DNA of 64,000 bases, taken from NCBI GenBank assembly GCA_963755715.1, contig CAVWLW010000050.1, forward strand, positions 53,189-117,188, written 5' to 3'. Below are positions 1 through 24,143 of the stretch, piece by piece. The notes beneath the pieces are model-generated. The model was not told the DNA's origin. It saw nothing but the letters and a program-made list of their open reading frames with translations, and searched no databases. The position numbers and the translations under genes were made by a program. Origin of the DNA: an uncultured delta proteobacterium. Its GTDB lineage: Bacteria; Desulfobacterota; Binatia; UBA9968. The first letter of the stretch is position 1. Every line of letters begins with the position of its first letter.

Positions 1-1170
1 ATAGGGCTCGATACGCTCAGAGATGCAGTCGATCTTCGCGTCATCATACGCAATGCTCTATTCGTTCTCGGTGATTTTCAGCAAGGAATCAGATATTTGG
101 AAGAAGCTAAGGAAGCGGCCATCGCACTTAATGATCAAGCGCGATTGGGGACAATATTTAATTTGATGACTGCCCATTGGAATCTTGCCGGGAATTCGGA
201 ACGGGCGATCGTGTCCGCCAAAGAAGCCCTGGACCATACACGGGCGCCGGAGAATATTGATCTTCATATCGTCGCCCACTATTTTCTTGGCGTAGCGCAC
301 CATAATTTGGGTCAATACGAGTGCGCCGTTGAGGTGCTTGGACTAGCACTCCCGCTGATCGGGAATCGGAAATTTGAGTTGTTTGGCACGACCGGAAGCG
401 TCTATGTGATCTGCAGAGTGTGGCTGGCCCGTGCGCTCGCTCAATTAGGGAGGTTTACTGAAGCCGCCCCTTATGCAGATGACGCAATTCGCGCTGCCGA
501 GGAGAGTAGTCACCCTTATAGCATTGCCTATGCGTATTATGGGGCGGGGATACTTTTCCTGATTAAGGGAGATTTTGACCGGTCGATCGCGATGCTCGAA
601 CGCGGCTTAGCAGTGTGTGACGCAGCAGAGATTCCGGCGCAGCGCCCCCTCGTTGCTTCGTGCCTAGGTGCTGCCTATGCCTTTGTGGGACGACTAGACG
701 AGGCCCACCGGCTGCTTGAGAGCGCCGTGGAGCACACTGCGTCCATGAGAAGACTTGCTGGTCAGGCTATACGCGTGGCCTGGTTAAGCGGTGCGTACAT
801 GCTCGCGGGTCGAACTGATGAAGCAGAGGCACTGACCAGGCGCGGTCTGGAACTGGCGGCTGAAAGTAAAGACAGAGGAAGTCAAGCATGGTTACTGGCA
901 ATCCTCGCAGACCTTTCATCGCGGCGCAGTCCTTTGAACGTGGAGCAAGTTAAAGCGGACTACGGTATAGCTTTGGCATTGGCGCGAGAAATAAAAATGC
1001 GTCCTTTGCAAGCACACTGTCACCTGGGCATCGGCAATCTTTACGCTCAGGTGGAGAAGGATGCGGAGGCCCGCGACGAACTACTTGGAGCTGTAGATCT
1101 CTACAAAGCGATGTCGATGCCATATTGGCTATCAAAGGCTGAGGCTGCGTTGGCCAAACTCGTTGAATAA
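1..1170 (+). CDS. TPR-repeat regulatory protein, C-terminal part (5' end lies outside window)
   Basis: Frame 1 is open from nt 1, with no stop before the ATG at 97. The Ala/Leu-rich product shows repeated TPR-like helix pairs (e.g. AHYFLGVAHHNLGQYECAVEVLG, AYAYYGAGILFLIKGDFDRS). It ends at 1170, 5 nt before the NRPS start. The position suggests a pathway regulator, but that is inference. Confidence 0.55.
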   Translation: MGLDTLRDAVDLRVIIRNALFVLGDFQQGIRYLEEAKEAAIALNDQARLGTIFNLMTAHWNLAGNSERAIVSAKEALDHTRAPENIDLHIVAHYFLGVAHHNLGQYECAVEVLGLALPLIGNRKFELFGTTGSVYVICRVWLARALAQLGRFTEAAPYADDAIRAAEESSHPYSIAYAYYGAGILFLIKGDFDRSIAMLERGLAVCDAAEIPAQRPLVASCLGAAYAFVGRLDEAHRLLESAVEHTASMRRLAGQAIRVAWLSGAYMLAGRTDEAEALTRRGLELAAESKDRGSQAWLLAILADLSSRRSPLNVEQVKADYGIALALAREIKMRPLQAHCHLGIGNLYAQVEKDAEARDELLGAVDLYKAMSMPYWLSKAEAALAKLVE

Positions 1171-1175
1171 TTCCT

Positions 1176-10105
<8,930 letters not shown>

Positions 10106-10129
10106 AGACCAGCGCGAGGAGTTCGATTT

Positions 10130-14947
<4,818 letters not shown>

Positions 14948-15036
14948 TACGAAAGGGAAAGCAAAGTTACCCATTTTCATCGCACTACAGGGCGGAAGCG
15001 GCGTTGGACGAAAGCTGATTATGGTCTTCAATTAGT

Positions 15037-15429
15037 GTGGAATGGGATAAACTTCTTGACATGAGTTATCCCATGGGACAAGGTTTAGCCTACCACACAC
15101 AAACATCCGAATGGGAGGTTCAAAATGGGAAAGTCCCCAAATTGCCAGATAATGAGATTAGGAAAGTCCGCGAAAGCAATCGAAGATTAATTGAAGAGGC
15201 AGAAGGACTTTCGCATGCGGCGGTGCTAGCCAAGAAAAAGTCATCGAAAAAGCCAAAAAATGAAGATGAAAAACGGAAAACGAACAAAGAGATCTACCGT
15301 ACGATAATCCAACGAAATCCCCTTTTAAAAAAAGCCGTCAAGGAAAATATCGCGAAAAAACGTCTGGCCGTAAAACAGTTGGGAAAGCTGGGGGCTTCTC
15401 TATGGTCGTCGAGTCAAAGGTTGTACTGA
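15037..15429 (+). CDS. hypothetical lysine-rich protein (GTG start)
   Basis: 130-codon ORF at the start of the low-GC segment. The product carries a strongly basic KKKSSKKPKNEDEKRKTNKE tract. I did not recognise a family. Confidence 0.3.
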   Translation: MEWDKLLDMSYPMGQGLAYHTQTSEWEVQNGKVPKLPDNEIRKVRESNRRLIEEAEGLSHAAVLAKKKSSKKPKNEDEKRKTNKEIYRTIIQRNPLLKKAVKENIAKKRLAVKQLGKLGASLWSSSQRLY

Positions 15430-16152
15430 ACAATCGTTATGAATTGACGGTAAGCGCCAGCTTTTCTCACCGGAGTTTTCGTGCGATCTCCTTGCGAACA
15501 CAATCAAATTTATGAGTGTTCATTATTTCCGGATTATCCCGAACGAGTTCATCTCTTTATCAGACTTTTCGGCGGAGGCTCAATGCGTGGGTCACTTAGC
15601 TGCCGTCGGGCGTCCGGACCGGCTCGGTTGAGAGCTTACGTTTGGGGGAGAAGCTGGTAAGTGGCGAATTTCGACATGAACAGAAAAAATTACATTGCCT
15701 CCTGATGTTTGTCTCGACCTTACTTTTGCTCGTTGCACTTTCAACGAAGAACTTTGCTAAGAGATTGTGTTAAGGGGCGGATAAGCTGATCTTTGATCCA
15801 AGTCATATGTCAATAAATTAACCGGGAGTGTAGATTAAAGCACCGGACGCTTCGCCGTCGATTAACTTGTAAATCCGATCAGTTTTTAATGACAGTCGAG
15901 GACGAGTGGTAAGATCAGAATCACGCAAGATTTGCTGAACAGTATTTGTGTTGAGTGTGGTGTTCAAGTTGTGAATCGCAGATATCTATAAGGAGACAGG
16001 TCATGCGGAACAGGATTCCCAGATGGAGTGCGGCCGAGATGGTCGCTGAAAATCTAGCAAACAACCCACAGACAGCGTAAAGATCGAAGATGTCGCGTCA
16101 GACAATCGCAACGGTAAGGGGCTGACGTGTAACTTTTCCTTGGATTATCTCT

Positions 16153-17795
16153 TTGATAAAACCGTCCAATCCTAAAAACCCAACCCCTAAAGAATATTAT
16201 TTATTTCCGGGTGGGCCTGGGACAATTTCCGAATTGGAAGATGTAGAGGTGAATGCGTTGGAATTATTGGAGGCCGATGGTCACAACGTTGCCTATCTCC
16301 ATGTCCGCGGTAGCGGGCTCAGTCAAATTCCGCAGCCCAACAAATTTGATAGATTACTCCGTGCCGACTACGTGGTTGAAGACATCGAAAAGCTCAGGGT
16401 TAAACTGCTCGGAAACGATATTCCTTGGGACGCGATTGGGGGGAGAGTCATGGTGCTGTGATCGCTCAACGCTATGCATACAAATACGGGACAGCGGGCG
16501 TAAAAAAACTGGTGTTGGTTGCGCCCCCGTCAAGATCGCTGGAATCTCACAGTCACCGTAGAAGTTTAATGATTTCGAACTTGGAAGCGATCATAAGAAA
16601 CCATACTGGCCGTGCGCCGCAAAACGGATTGACTAAGCCGCCGAATCACAATGAAACTGATTCAACTAACGACCTCATCTTTGTCACCGATCAACACATT
16701 GAAGACATCAAAAGCAAACTTAACCAAGTACTCAAAGAGTTGGATGGCAGGTACGCTTCAATGAGCTTTGCTATGGAGAATTTTGCGGAGCTTAAAAGCC
16801 GAGATCCAAGTTTTAAGTCTTTTCCATATCCAGAAGAGTTTTTCAAAGCGTTACGAATCCTACAACTCTATGGTCGGCCGGAGAAAAATCTGAAATTTCT
16901 GAGGGCGGAACAGCCGCGCTTCAATGCCGCTCTATTATTGGCTCACTACTTAACCTTGCCACAAAAACAGCTGGAACACGAGGGGTGACCCAGGGCGACG
17001 TTAGGAACAACCCCATCTATCGCAAGGGGCTTAAGTCCGGACCGTCGCGTCGCTTACCAAAAAAGGCTTCAACAAGCGCAGGCTGAACTTTCAAAAGATG
17101 GCCCATCAAAATCGCGAAGAGACTATTATGTTTTGGGTGTTTATGATGGCATCAGCCGCTGGATTCTTGACGTTATGGACCGTCAAATTGAGAATGACGG
17201 GTTTTTTAGGAGTGAAGACATTCAGCGCTTCGTAAAAGGACCGGTTGCTAAAGAGCTGGCAAAAAAAATAGGCGTGGTCCCCGGGGAACCTATCTATCCT
17301 TGGAATGCGGGATACTATAAGCATCATGTGCCAACACTCGTTATAAAGGGAGATGCGGATGCTGTTATTGCTGGCGGTCAAGCTGAGAATTTTTTTAACG
17401 ACGGATTAGCAAATAAACTTGATAGCATCTTGATGGAGTTTCCTGGCATGGGACACCTCTGGAGGGAGCATGCCGATGGCTTCGTTTGCGGAGAACAAAA
17501 GCCAGGATTCGAAGTTCTTCAGATCTTGGTAAGAGAATTTTTGGCAAAACCCTTGGCTTCGACTTTTCTCCACGATCCTGACGTCAAAGCCTTAATTAAT
17601 TCTATTGGTATATCGGTTCTGCAGGAATCTAGAGAAGGTAAACTCGCAGGCATTAAAAGTGAGCAACCAATCTTCTTGGAAAAAAACGAAAAAAGAGCTG
17701 TGGGATATGATCATGAGATTGCGACATCGGACCATTGCTCCGGGCTCCAGAGAAAAATAGAAAATTGTATGCGAAAGCGCACAGAAGTCAAATAA
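16153..17795 (+). pseudogene. alpha/beta-hydrolase (proline-iminopeptidase-like, S33) with large cap insertion, frameshifted and stop-interrupted
   Basis: Three successive ORF pieces. N-terminal: YYLFPGGPGTISELEDV...YLHVRGSGLS. Nucleophile elbow GESHG (GxSxG) followed by VLVAPP. C-terminal: PTLVIKGDADAV...FPGMGHL (acid and His regions). The frame changes near 16440 and there are stops near 16986 and 17090. Confidence 0.5.
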
Positions 17796-18789
17796 CTGGG
17801 GAACCAACCAAAACTCGGGGGGCGATAGCTAATTACTGATTTTCGCATCATTTCAACTTTCTTAATCGGCTAGCGACTTGGGCCTGACAAGCCTGAGCCG
17901 CTTTTGTTTGATGCCGCCGACTTTTCCATGTCTCTCCTCGATCACGATGTTGGTTTTTTGGCTCAGTCTAGACCCAGAACCGGCGCCTCGAATTTGGAAG
18001 TCGCTGTATGGATCTGACCCTGCTCCTTGTTTCTGCGTTCTCCGAACCAATCAGGCACTTGGCGCTCTTCTAGGGATTCACGCCGCCTTGCATCGTCAAG
18101 ATCACTGACAACCAAATTGACAAGACGACAACCAAGTTCCTGCGTTCGGTAACCTCTGGTACCAATAAACCTCGATCATCATCGCATTGCAGAACGATGG
18201 GCATACCAATTCATTTCGCCATCTCGTAGCGGCATCGCTAAAATCATGCTGAAGCACGGGCTTAGCAACGTAATGCTATCCGTTTCGCGTGGCGTGCGTA
18301 ACAGATTCATACTTGGCACAACACCTGCTCTCAGCAGTAGTCAGAGTGAAGAAAACTAAACGAGAAAGGAGGCGAGAAAAATGAAAAAGATCGTATCACT
18401 CGTATCCAACCTGCTGCTGTCGTCCACACTGTTCTGGGGTGTGCCGCTGGCGTATGGGGAGGAATTAAACTCCGGACGAAATCTCAACGGCCCCTGCTGA
18501 CACTCCGAGCTACTGCCACATGAAATCTCCGGCCATGCGTGAAGATAGTCTATCCTGGACGCATCCAGTTTTTGATGATGGCGCGGTCAATGCCGTTGAT
18601 TTCTATGGACCATGTGACCATGATCCACTCGGAATTGACGCAGTTAAGACGGAGCAGCGTATACTCCTTCGCGGATTCTACGGAGATGGCGAATAAACGA
18701 CAACTCGAATCACACAAGGCATTAGGGGAGGGAGCTTTCCTCCCCTAATGACAGTTGCGGCGACCGTTTCGTACTGAAGAACTTGCCAA

Positions 18790-19423
18790 CGTTCCTATCA
18801 GTAATTGCCAGCTTTTGATCTTTTTCAGCCACCCTTGCCGGCTAAGGCTTAGAGCCTGAGCCGCTTTTGCTTTATTGCCGCTGGTTCTGGCCAGTGCTTC
18901 TTCAATCATGCGATGCTCAATGGCTTCGATGACTTCGTTTTGATGGTCTTCCCTTTGTGAAGAACTGTGCTTTCTGGACTGATTGCTTTAGCTCCTTCAC
19001 AGCAAGATCCAGGTGCTCTTCGGCGATCGTTTTTCCCCTTACGGATGCCACCAGTCGTTTGATCTCGTTCTCCAACTGCCGAGCATTACCGGGCCACGAG
19101 TAACTGCTCAAGCGTTCCATCACTGCGGGCTTAAACTGTTTCAGTTCGGTCTTCAGTAGAGCGCAATGCCTGGTGAGGAAATGGGTGGTCATCAGAGGAA
19201 TATCTTCGGCGATTTCCCGTAGCGGCGCCGTCTGAATGCGAACGACTTTACAGCGGTGAATTCGACGGTCGCGCCGTCGATATCTTTGAGAGTTGCTTTG
19301 GGAATTGGTCTCCAACAGTTGGTTTTGCCATCGTCGTTTCTTCCAATATTTGGAACGGGTTTCAACCCGCGCCTGCGCGCGACGCCTCGCCGAGTTAATC
19401 TCTGATTTCGTATTCCCAATCAT
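18790..19423 (-). pseudogene. sigma-54-dependent transcriptional activator remnant (AAA+ C-terminal part plus Fis-type HTH), N-terminally truncated and frameshifted
   Basis: Minus-strand translations give FRRRRYGKS (the GAFTGA-following region, shifted frame), REIAEDIPLMTTHFL, SWPGNARQLENEIKRLV, and the HTH tail EAIEHRMIEEALARTSGNKAKAAQALSLSRQGWLKKIKSW. A second, frameshifted HTH tail (..QTKAAQACQAQVASRLRKLK*) lies at 17862-17930. Confidence 0.5.
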
Positions 19424-19943
19424 TGAGAATCAACTTTCCCGACACCGGCATACGTTTACGCATCGAGTTAACCGTATGGCAGCCTTTATCTGCCGCTTGG
19501 GCGACTTTGATCACGTTCTCAAGCGGCGACTGACTCTTGATCTTGAAGATGTAACTGATCCCCTGCGCCGCGTCGGAGAAATTTTTGATCGGAAACTTGC
19601 CGGTCAAGTCGTAGGTCATGCGCAGATCCATTTCCAGATCGTCGATCGGAACCTCGGCTTTCGCGGCAAAACGCCTCAGTTGGCTGAACATGCAAAAGCC
19701 GATGGAGGCGATGAAATATTGCAACGGCGAGGGACGCTTGCCGACTTGTTTCTGGAAGTTCTCGTCGTCGCAGTAAACCGCGTGATCGTCCGGTTGTTCG
19801 ATCTTGACCAGGGCTTCGTTCAAGCGAATGATGGCGCGCTGCTGCAGGAGATAACCATCCGATTCACCGGAACCATGCTCCTGCTCTTCTTCGTAGACGA
19901 CCCGAAACTTTCCGAGATCGATGGTTCCCGGAATCGTTGGCAT
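19395..19943 (-). CDS. OsmC/Ohr-family protein
   Basis: 182 aa. OsmC-like pattern with two Cys: ..IASIGFCMFSQL.. and ..ADKGCHTVNSM... The ATG at 19943 overlaps the upstream stop as TAAACATG. Confidence 0.5.
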   Translation of the reverse strand: MPTIPGTIDLGKFRVVYEEEQEHGSGESDGYLLQQRAIIRLNEALVKIEQPDDHAVYCDDENFQKQVGKRPSPLQYFIASIGFCMFSQLRRFAAKAEVPIDDLEMDLRMTYDLTGKFPIKNFSDAAQGISYIFKIKSQSPLENVIKVAQAADKGCHTVNSMRKRMPVSGKLILNDWEYEIRD

Positions 19944-19945
19944 GT

Positions 19946-22171
19946 TTACTTTGCGCCGTGCAGTGCCTGATAAATCTTTTCCGCCGTGATCGGTAAACTC
20001 TTAATTCTCACGCCGCACGCATCGTCCACTGCGTTGGCAATGGCCGCCGCTGTTGGGATATTGCCGGTTTCGCCGATCGGCATGCTGTCGTAAGGCCCGG
20101 CTCCGTGCGGCGCTTCGGTCACCGAGCCTTTGAATACCGGAACATCCTTGATCGTCGGGATCTTGTACTCGCCGAAGTGAGTCGTCGCCACTTTACCGTC
20201 GTTGATGATCACTTCTTCCATCAGCGTGTAGCCGATGCCCGTCATGCTGGCGCCTTCGATCTGTCCCTGATGCATCAGCGGATTGAGCACTGTCCCGGTG
20301 TTATGCGTCGAAGTGAATTTTTTGAGCTCGACCTGTCCGGTTTGCGGGTCGACTTGCACTTCCGCCACCTGGACGCACATGGACGCTGCGTGAATCTTGG
20401 AATTATCGTTAAAAGTCGCATCGACGGCGATCGGTGCTCCCTTGGCTTTGACTATTTCGCCATAGGTCAAGCGTCGTTCCATGCGCGGATGCAGCGCCGC
20501 TCCTTTTGCGAGGGTAATTTGATCCGGCGCCGTTCCCATTTGCTCCGCCGCCGCTTGCTTGATCGCCTCGACCGCCTTCAGCGCTGCCTTATAACCGGCG
20601 TTGCCATAGACCCGCGTTGCCCGGCTGCCGCCCACGCCGGTATCTTTGATACCTGTCTGCGTATCCAGTTGCTGAATCCTGATCTGACTGAGTGGGATCT
20701 TGAGCTCTTCCGCGACGATTTCGCTGAGGATCGTGTAAGTGCCCGCGCCTTGATCTGCCATCGCGGAGGAAATCGTCGCAACGCCGTTCTCGTCCAGCGA
20801 GATCGCCACCGTTCCTATGCCCCCGGCAGGCGTCCATTGCACCAAGGCGACGCCGCGTCCGACATTTTTCGGCTTGGGTTTTTGATAGCCCGAATCATCC
20901 AGCGCCTTTTTGAGCGTCTCGTCGGTTTTAATATAGCTGTACTCCTCGCCCGTCGGATCGATATCGCCGTCGTGCATGAAGTTTTTCTGACGCAGCTTGA
21001 TCGGGTCCATGCTCAATTTTTTCGCGATCAAATCCAACTGGCTCTCATTGGCAAAAAATCCCTGCGGATCGCCGGGCGAGCGCATATGGCCGCAGGGAAT
21101 TTTGTTGGTGTAAACCATATGTTCTTCGAGAAACACGTGCGGGATCTTGTAAGGTCCGGCCGACAGATGGGGGCCATTGAGGAAGGCGTTGGGCTTAAAA
21201 GCTCCGTAGGCGCCGCTGTCGAAGATGAAATTCATGTGATGCGCAACCAAGGTGCCGTCCTTCTTCACGCCGGTTTTTACTTGAATGATCGACGCATGGC
21301 GTGGATTGCCGGCGGTGAATTCTTCCTCGTAATCCATGACTAACTTTACCGGACGGCCGGCTTTCTTGGAGAGAAGATAAACCACGGCGAGATCCATAAA
21401 ATCGCCTTTGCCGCCGAAGTCGCCGCCGATGTAAACGGGATTGAAGTTGAGTTTTTCCTGCGGCAGCTTGAGCGCATTGGCGACTTGCTCGCGCACGCCA
21501 TAAGGGACCTTGCTGCACGACCAGAACTCCGCCGAGCCGTCCGCAGCGGTGCTGACGACGCAGGAATGCGGTTCGATGTAACTCTGATGAACCACCGGCG
21601 TGGTAAACGTGTTTTCGACGATGACGTCCGCCTGGCGAAAGCCGGTTTCGAGATCGCCCTTGCCCCAGGTGACGTAGACAAAATCATTGGTGGGCTCCTT
21701 CAAGGGTTTGGGCAGGCCCTTGTAGCTCGTGACATCTGGATGAAGCAATTTCGCGCCGGGTTTGAGGGCTTCGACCGGATCGAGCAACGGCTCGGTTTCT
21801 TCGTATTCGACTTCGATTAGAGTCAACGCCTCTTCGGCGATAAGCTCGTCGTCCGCCGCCACTGCGGCTACTTTTTCACCGATGAACCGCACTTCGCCGT
21901 CGGCGAGGATCGGCATGTCGTAAAGCCGCCGGCCTATTTTCAAACCGGCACAGTCTTGACCGGTGACGACCGCGTGCACGCCCGGCAGCGCTTCCGCCTG
22001 ACTGGTATTGATGCTTTTGATCTTCCCTGAGGCGATCGGGCTTCGCAGCAGTTTGCCCCACAACATTCCCGGCACGGTAATATCGACCGCGTATTTCGCC
22101 TCGCCGCTGACTTTTAGCTCGCCTTCGACTCTTGGCGTTGGATTGCCTACGACCTGTTTCGACGATGCCAT
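19946..22171 (-). CDS. molybdopterin-dependent hydroxylase large subunit (xanthine dehydrogenase / aldehyde oxidase / CoxL family)
   Basis: Intact 741-aa ORF. AGGAGG lies 6 nt upstream of the ATG (MASSKQ). The N-terminal a/b-hammerhead region (VGNPTPRVEGELKVSGEAKY...) and the regions GGDFGGKG and IPCGHMRSPGDPQG are typical of the Mo-binding subunit. Confidence 0.85.
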   Translation of the reverse strand: MASSKQVVGNPTPRVEGELKVSGEAKYAVDITVPGMLWGKLLRSPIASGKIKSINTSQAEALPGVHAVVTGQDCAGLKIGRRLYDMPILADGEVRFIGEKVAAVAADDELIAEEALTLIEVEYEETEPLLDPVEALKPGAKLLHPDVTSYKGLPKPLKEPTNDFVYVTWGKGDLETGFRQADVIVENTFTTPVVHQSYIEPHSCVVSTAADGSAEFWSCSKVPYGVREQVANALKLPQEKLNFNPVYIGGDFGGKGDFMDLAVVYLLSKKAGRPVKLVMDYEEEFTAGNPRHASIIQVKTGVKKDGTLVAHHMNFIFDSGAYGAFKPNAFLNGPHLSAGPYKIPHVFLEEHMVYTNKIPCGHMRSPGDPQGFFANESQLDLIAKKLSMDPIKLRQKNFMHDGDIDPTGEEYSYIKTDETLKKALDDSGYQKPKPKNVGRGVALVQWTPAGGIGTVAISLDENGVATISSAMADQGAGTYTILSEIVAEELKIPLSQIRIQQLDTQTGIKDTGVGGSRATRVYGNAGYKAALKAVEAIKQAAAEQMGTAPDQITLAKGAALHPRMERRLTYGEIVKAKGAPIAVDATFNDNSKIHAASMCVQVAEVQVDPQTGQVELKKFTSTHNTGTVLNPLMHQGQIEGASMTGIGYTLMEEVIINDGKVATTHFGEYKIPTIKDVPVFKGSVTEAPHGAGPYDSMPIGETGNIPTAAAIANAVDDACGVRIKSLPITAEKIYQALHGAK

Positions 22172-22783
22172 GGGAAGACCTCCTGGTGTTTGAATATGGG
22201 CTTGGTGAACTTCGCTTCGATAACCGATCGTCCAAAGATCGCTTGACGCGGAGCGAAAAGCTGGCTCTGCTTCCTGGAAGCGTATCGAACGCTACTACTA
22301 ACACCCTCGCCTGAAATGCGGATCATATTGGATACCGTGGGTAACTTCAAGTAACACGCGAGAAAACCTATTCGAAAATAGATTGGCAGTCGAGATGCTT
22401 TACCACCAACCGTTCCCGCTTGCCAAACACTGTTCCCGTCAATTCCCAGATTCCCGATCCAAGTTCATACTCGTACGAATCTTCGCTGGATTGGAGAAAG
22501 TTTTTTCGCTCAAAAGTTTTCTAAGGCGTCGAGGGGTTGGGATCGAATCGAAGCCGGTTCTCGCGAGCTAAAAACGCGGCGACCGGCTTCGTGACGACTG
22601 TGGCTCAGGTCTCGAAATTAATCGTGAACGATGGCTCTCCGGCAAGCGGAGACACGGTGCGTATCAGACCACGAATACAAAAGATCACTGGAACGTGTAG
22701 TTTAGCTTACAAAAAGGTTATCGACATTTTCTGCCATTAAAACTTGCTTTCTGTCTCGCGCACAATCCTCTGCAAATGGTCAG

Positions 22784-23893
22784 CTACGTCTTCGGCAAAA
22801 CTTTCACCAGCTTTCTTTTGAGGTCATCCGGCATGGCGAGATAATCAATGATAAGTTTTTGGAGTTCTCTAGCACTCGAAGGATTGATGTCCAGCTTCGC
22901 CTTTTCGGCTTCGGCTAGGAACTCCGAATCTGCCAATGTTTTCGTGAAAGCATCCCTCAAGGCCGCCACACGGTCGGCGTGCACCCCGGGTGGCAGAAAG
23001 TAGGGCCTCGTAAACTGGTTAGGGACGATGATCCCAGCACGAAGCAAGTCGCGCTGCTCCTGAGTCTTTGCGTAGTTCAAGATCAACGGGACGTTCTGTT
23101 GCGGTAGATTCAGGAGCGGTTTGTCGGTCAGTTGGCCAATGAGTAACCACTCTCCGCTCTCGATTTTCGCTAGCGTCCGTGTCTTGATCGAGGCCCAGTC
23201 GTTGTACTGGCCGCCTAGCTCCCCTTGATCCATCGCCACATCCACCCCGCCTGCGGCCGTGTACCCGGACACTACCTTGATGTTGGCGTTCAGGACATCC
23301 CGAGTCAGCAATGCTGCCGTATGATTCGTAGTGGCTGCGCCCGAATCTCCGATACTCAGCACTTTGCCGCTCGGCTCCAGCAACTGCTCGAATCTGGAGA
23401 TCCCCGAGGTCTTAGTCATTAACAGCAATGAATTTTCGTTGTTTGGAGCGCCGACGTATTGGAACTTGCTGGCATCGAACTCGACTCCCTGAAGGCCCAG
23501 CAGCTGAGATCTCACGATTCCGCCAATGACATTACCAATTACGGTGCCGTCCTTGGGTGCCCGGTTGTAAATGTGGCTCGCGGCAACCAGGCCGCCAGCG
23601 CCAAGCATGTTTACTACGATGATGCTCGGCTTGCCGGGTATGTGTTTACCTAGATGGCGCCCGATGGTTCGCGTATAAATGTCAAATCCACCCCCCGCAC
23701 CGTGACCGACAACAATTTGAATTGCCTTTCCTCTGTAGAAGTCGGCAACTGCGCTCTCATTGAAAGCCACCGGCTTCTCAATGGCAGACTTGGCAGGCTC
23801 AGGCGTCGAGGTGGCTGCGCCTGCCCAGGCCGCAAGGATAGATAGAAATACGATTATTCCACACAAGCGGGTAGTCATCAGATCCTTCTTCAT
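22784..23893 (-). CDS. tripartite tricarboxylate transporter substrate-binding protein (TctC/Bug family), secreted
   Basis: 369 aa. GGAGGAG RBS. N-terminal signal peptide (LCGIIVFLSILAAWAGAA), then Bug-family features (..FYRGKAIQIVVGHGAGGGFD.., ..VGAPNNENSLLL..). Confidence 0.65.
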   Translation of the reverse strand: MKKDLMTTRLCGIIVFLSILAAWAGAATSTPEPAKSAIEKPVAFNESAVADFYRGKAIQIVVGHGAGGGFDIYTRTIGRHLGKHIPGKPSIIVVNMLGAGGLVAASHIYNRAPKDGTVIGNVIGGIVRSQLLGLQGVEFDASKFQYVGAPNNENSLLLMTKTSGISRFEQLLEPSGKVLSIGDSGAATTNHTAALLTRDVLNANIKVVSGYTAAGGVDVAMDQGELGGQYNDWASIKTRTLAKIESGEWLLIGQLTDKPLLNLPQQNVPLILNYAKTQEQRDLLRAGIIVPNQFTRPYFLPPGVHADRVAALRDAFTKTLADSEFLAEAEKAKLDINPSSARELQKLIIDYLAMPDDLKRKLVKVLPKT

Positions 23894-24143
23894 ACCGCTT
23901 CTCCTCCAAGTTGATTGGACAATGATGAAAATCGCGTATTCAAATTAATATTGCGAGCCAAAGATCGCCCGCAGCCCCGCGGATATTTGTTGGGTTTGGC
24001 TCACGTCAAAATCGGCAGCGCCTTTGCAATTGCCACAATGGAAATCACTCCGCCAAAAGGCTCTGCAACTATCTCGTTTGTAATCACGAGCCGGACAGAG
24101 ATTCAGAATGCGTGCCTAGCTACCTGAGTAGCAACGGTGGCTA

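Noticed and set aside
20105-21343. 412-codon plus-strand ORF
   Set aside because: It lies entirely antisense within the well-supported Mo-hydroxylase gene, and its Arg-rich composition fits an antisense artefact.
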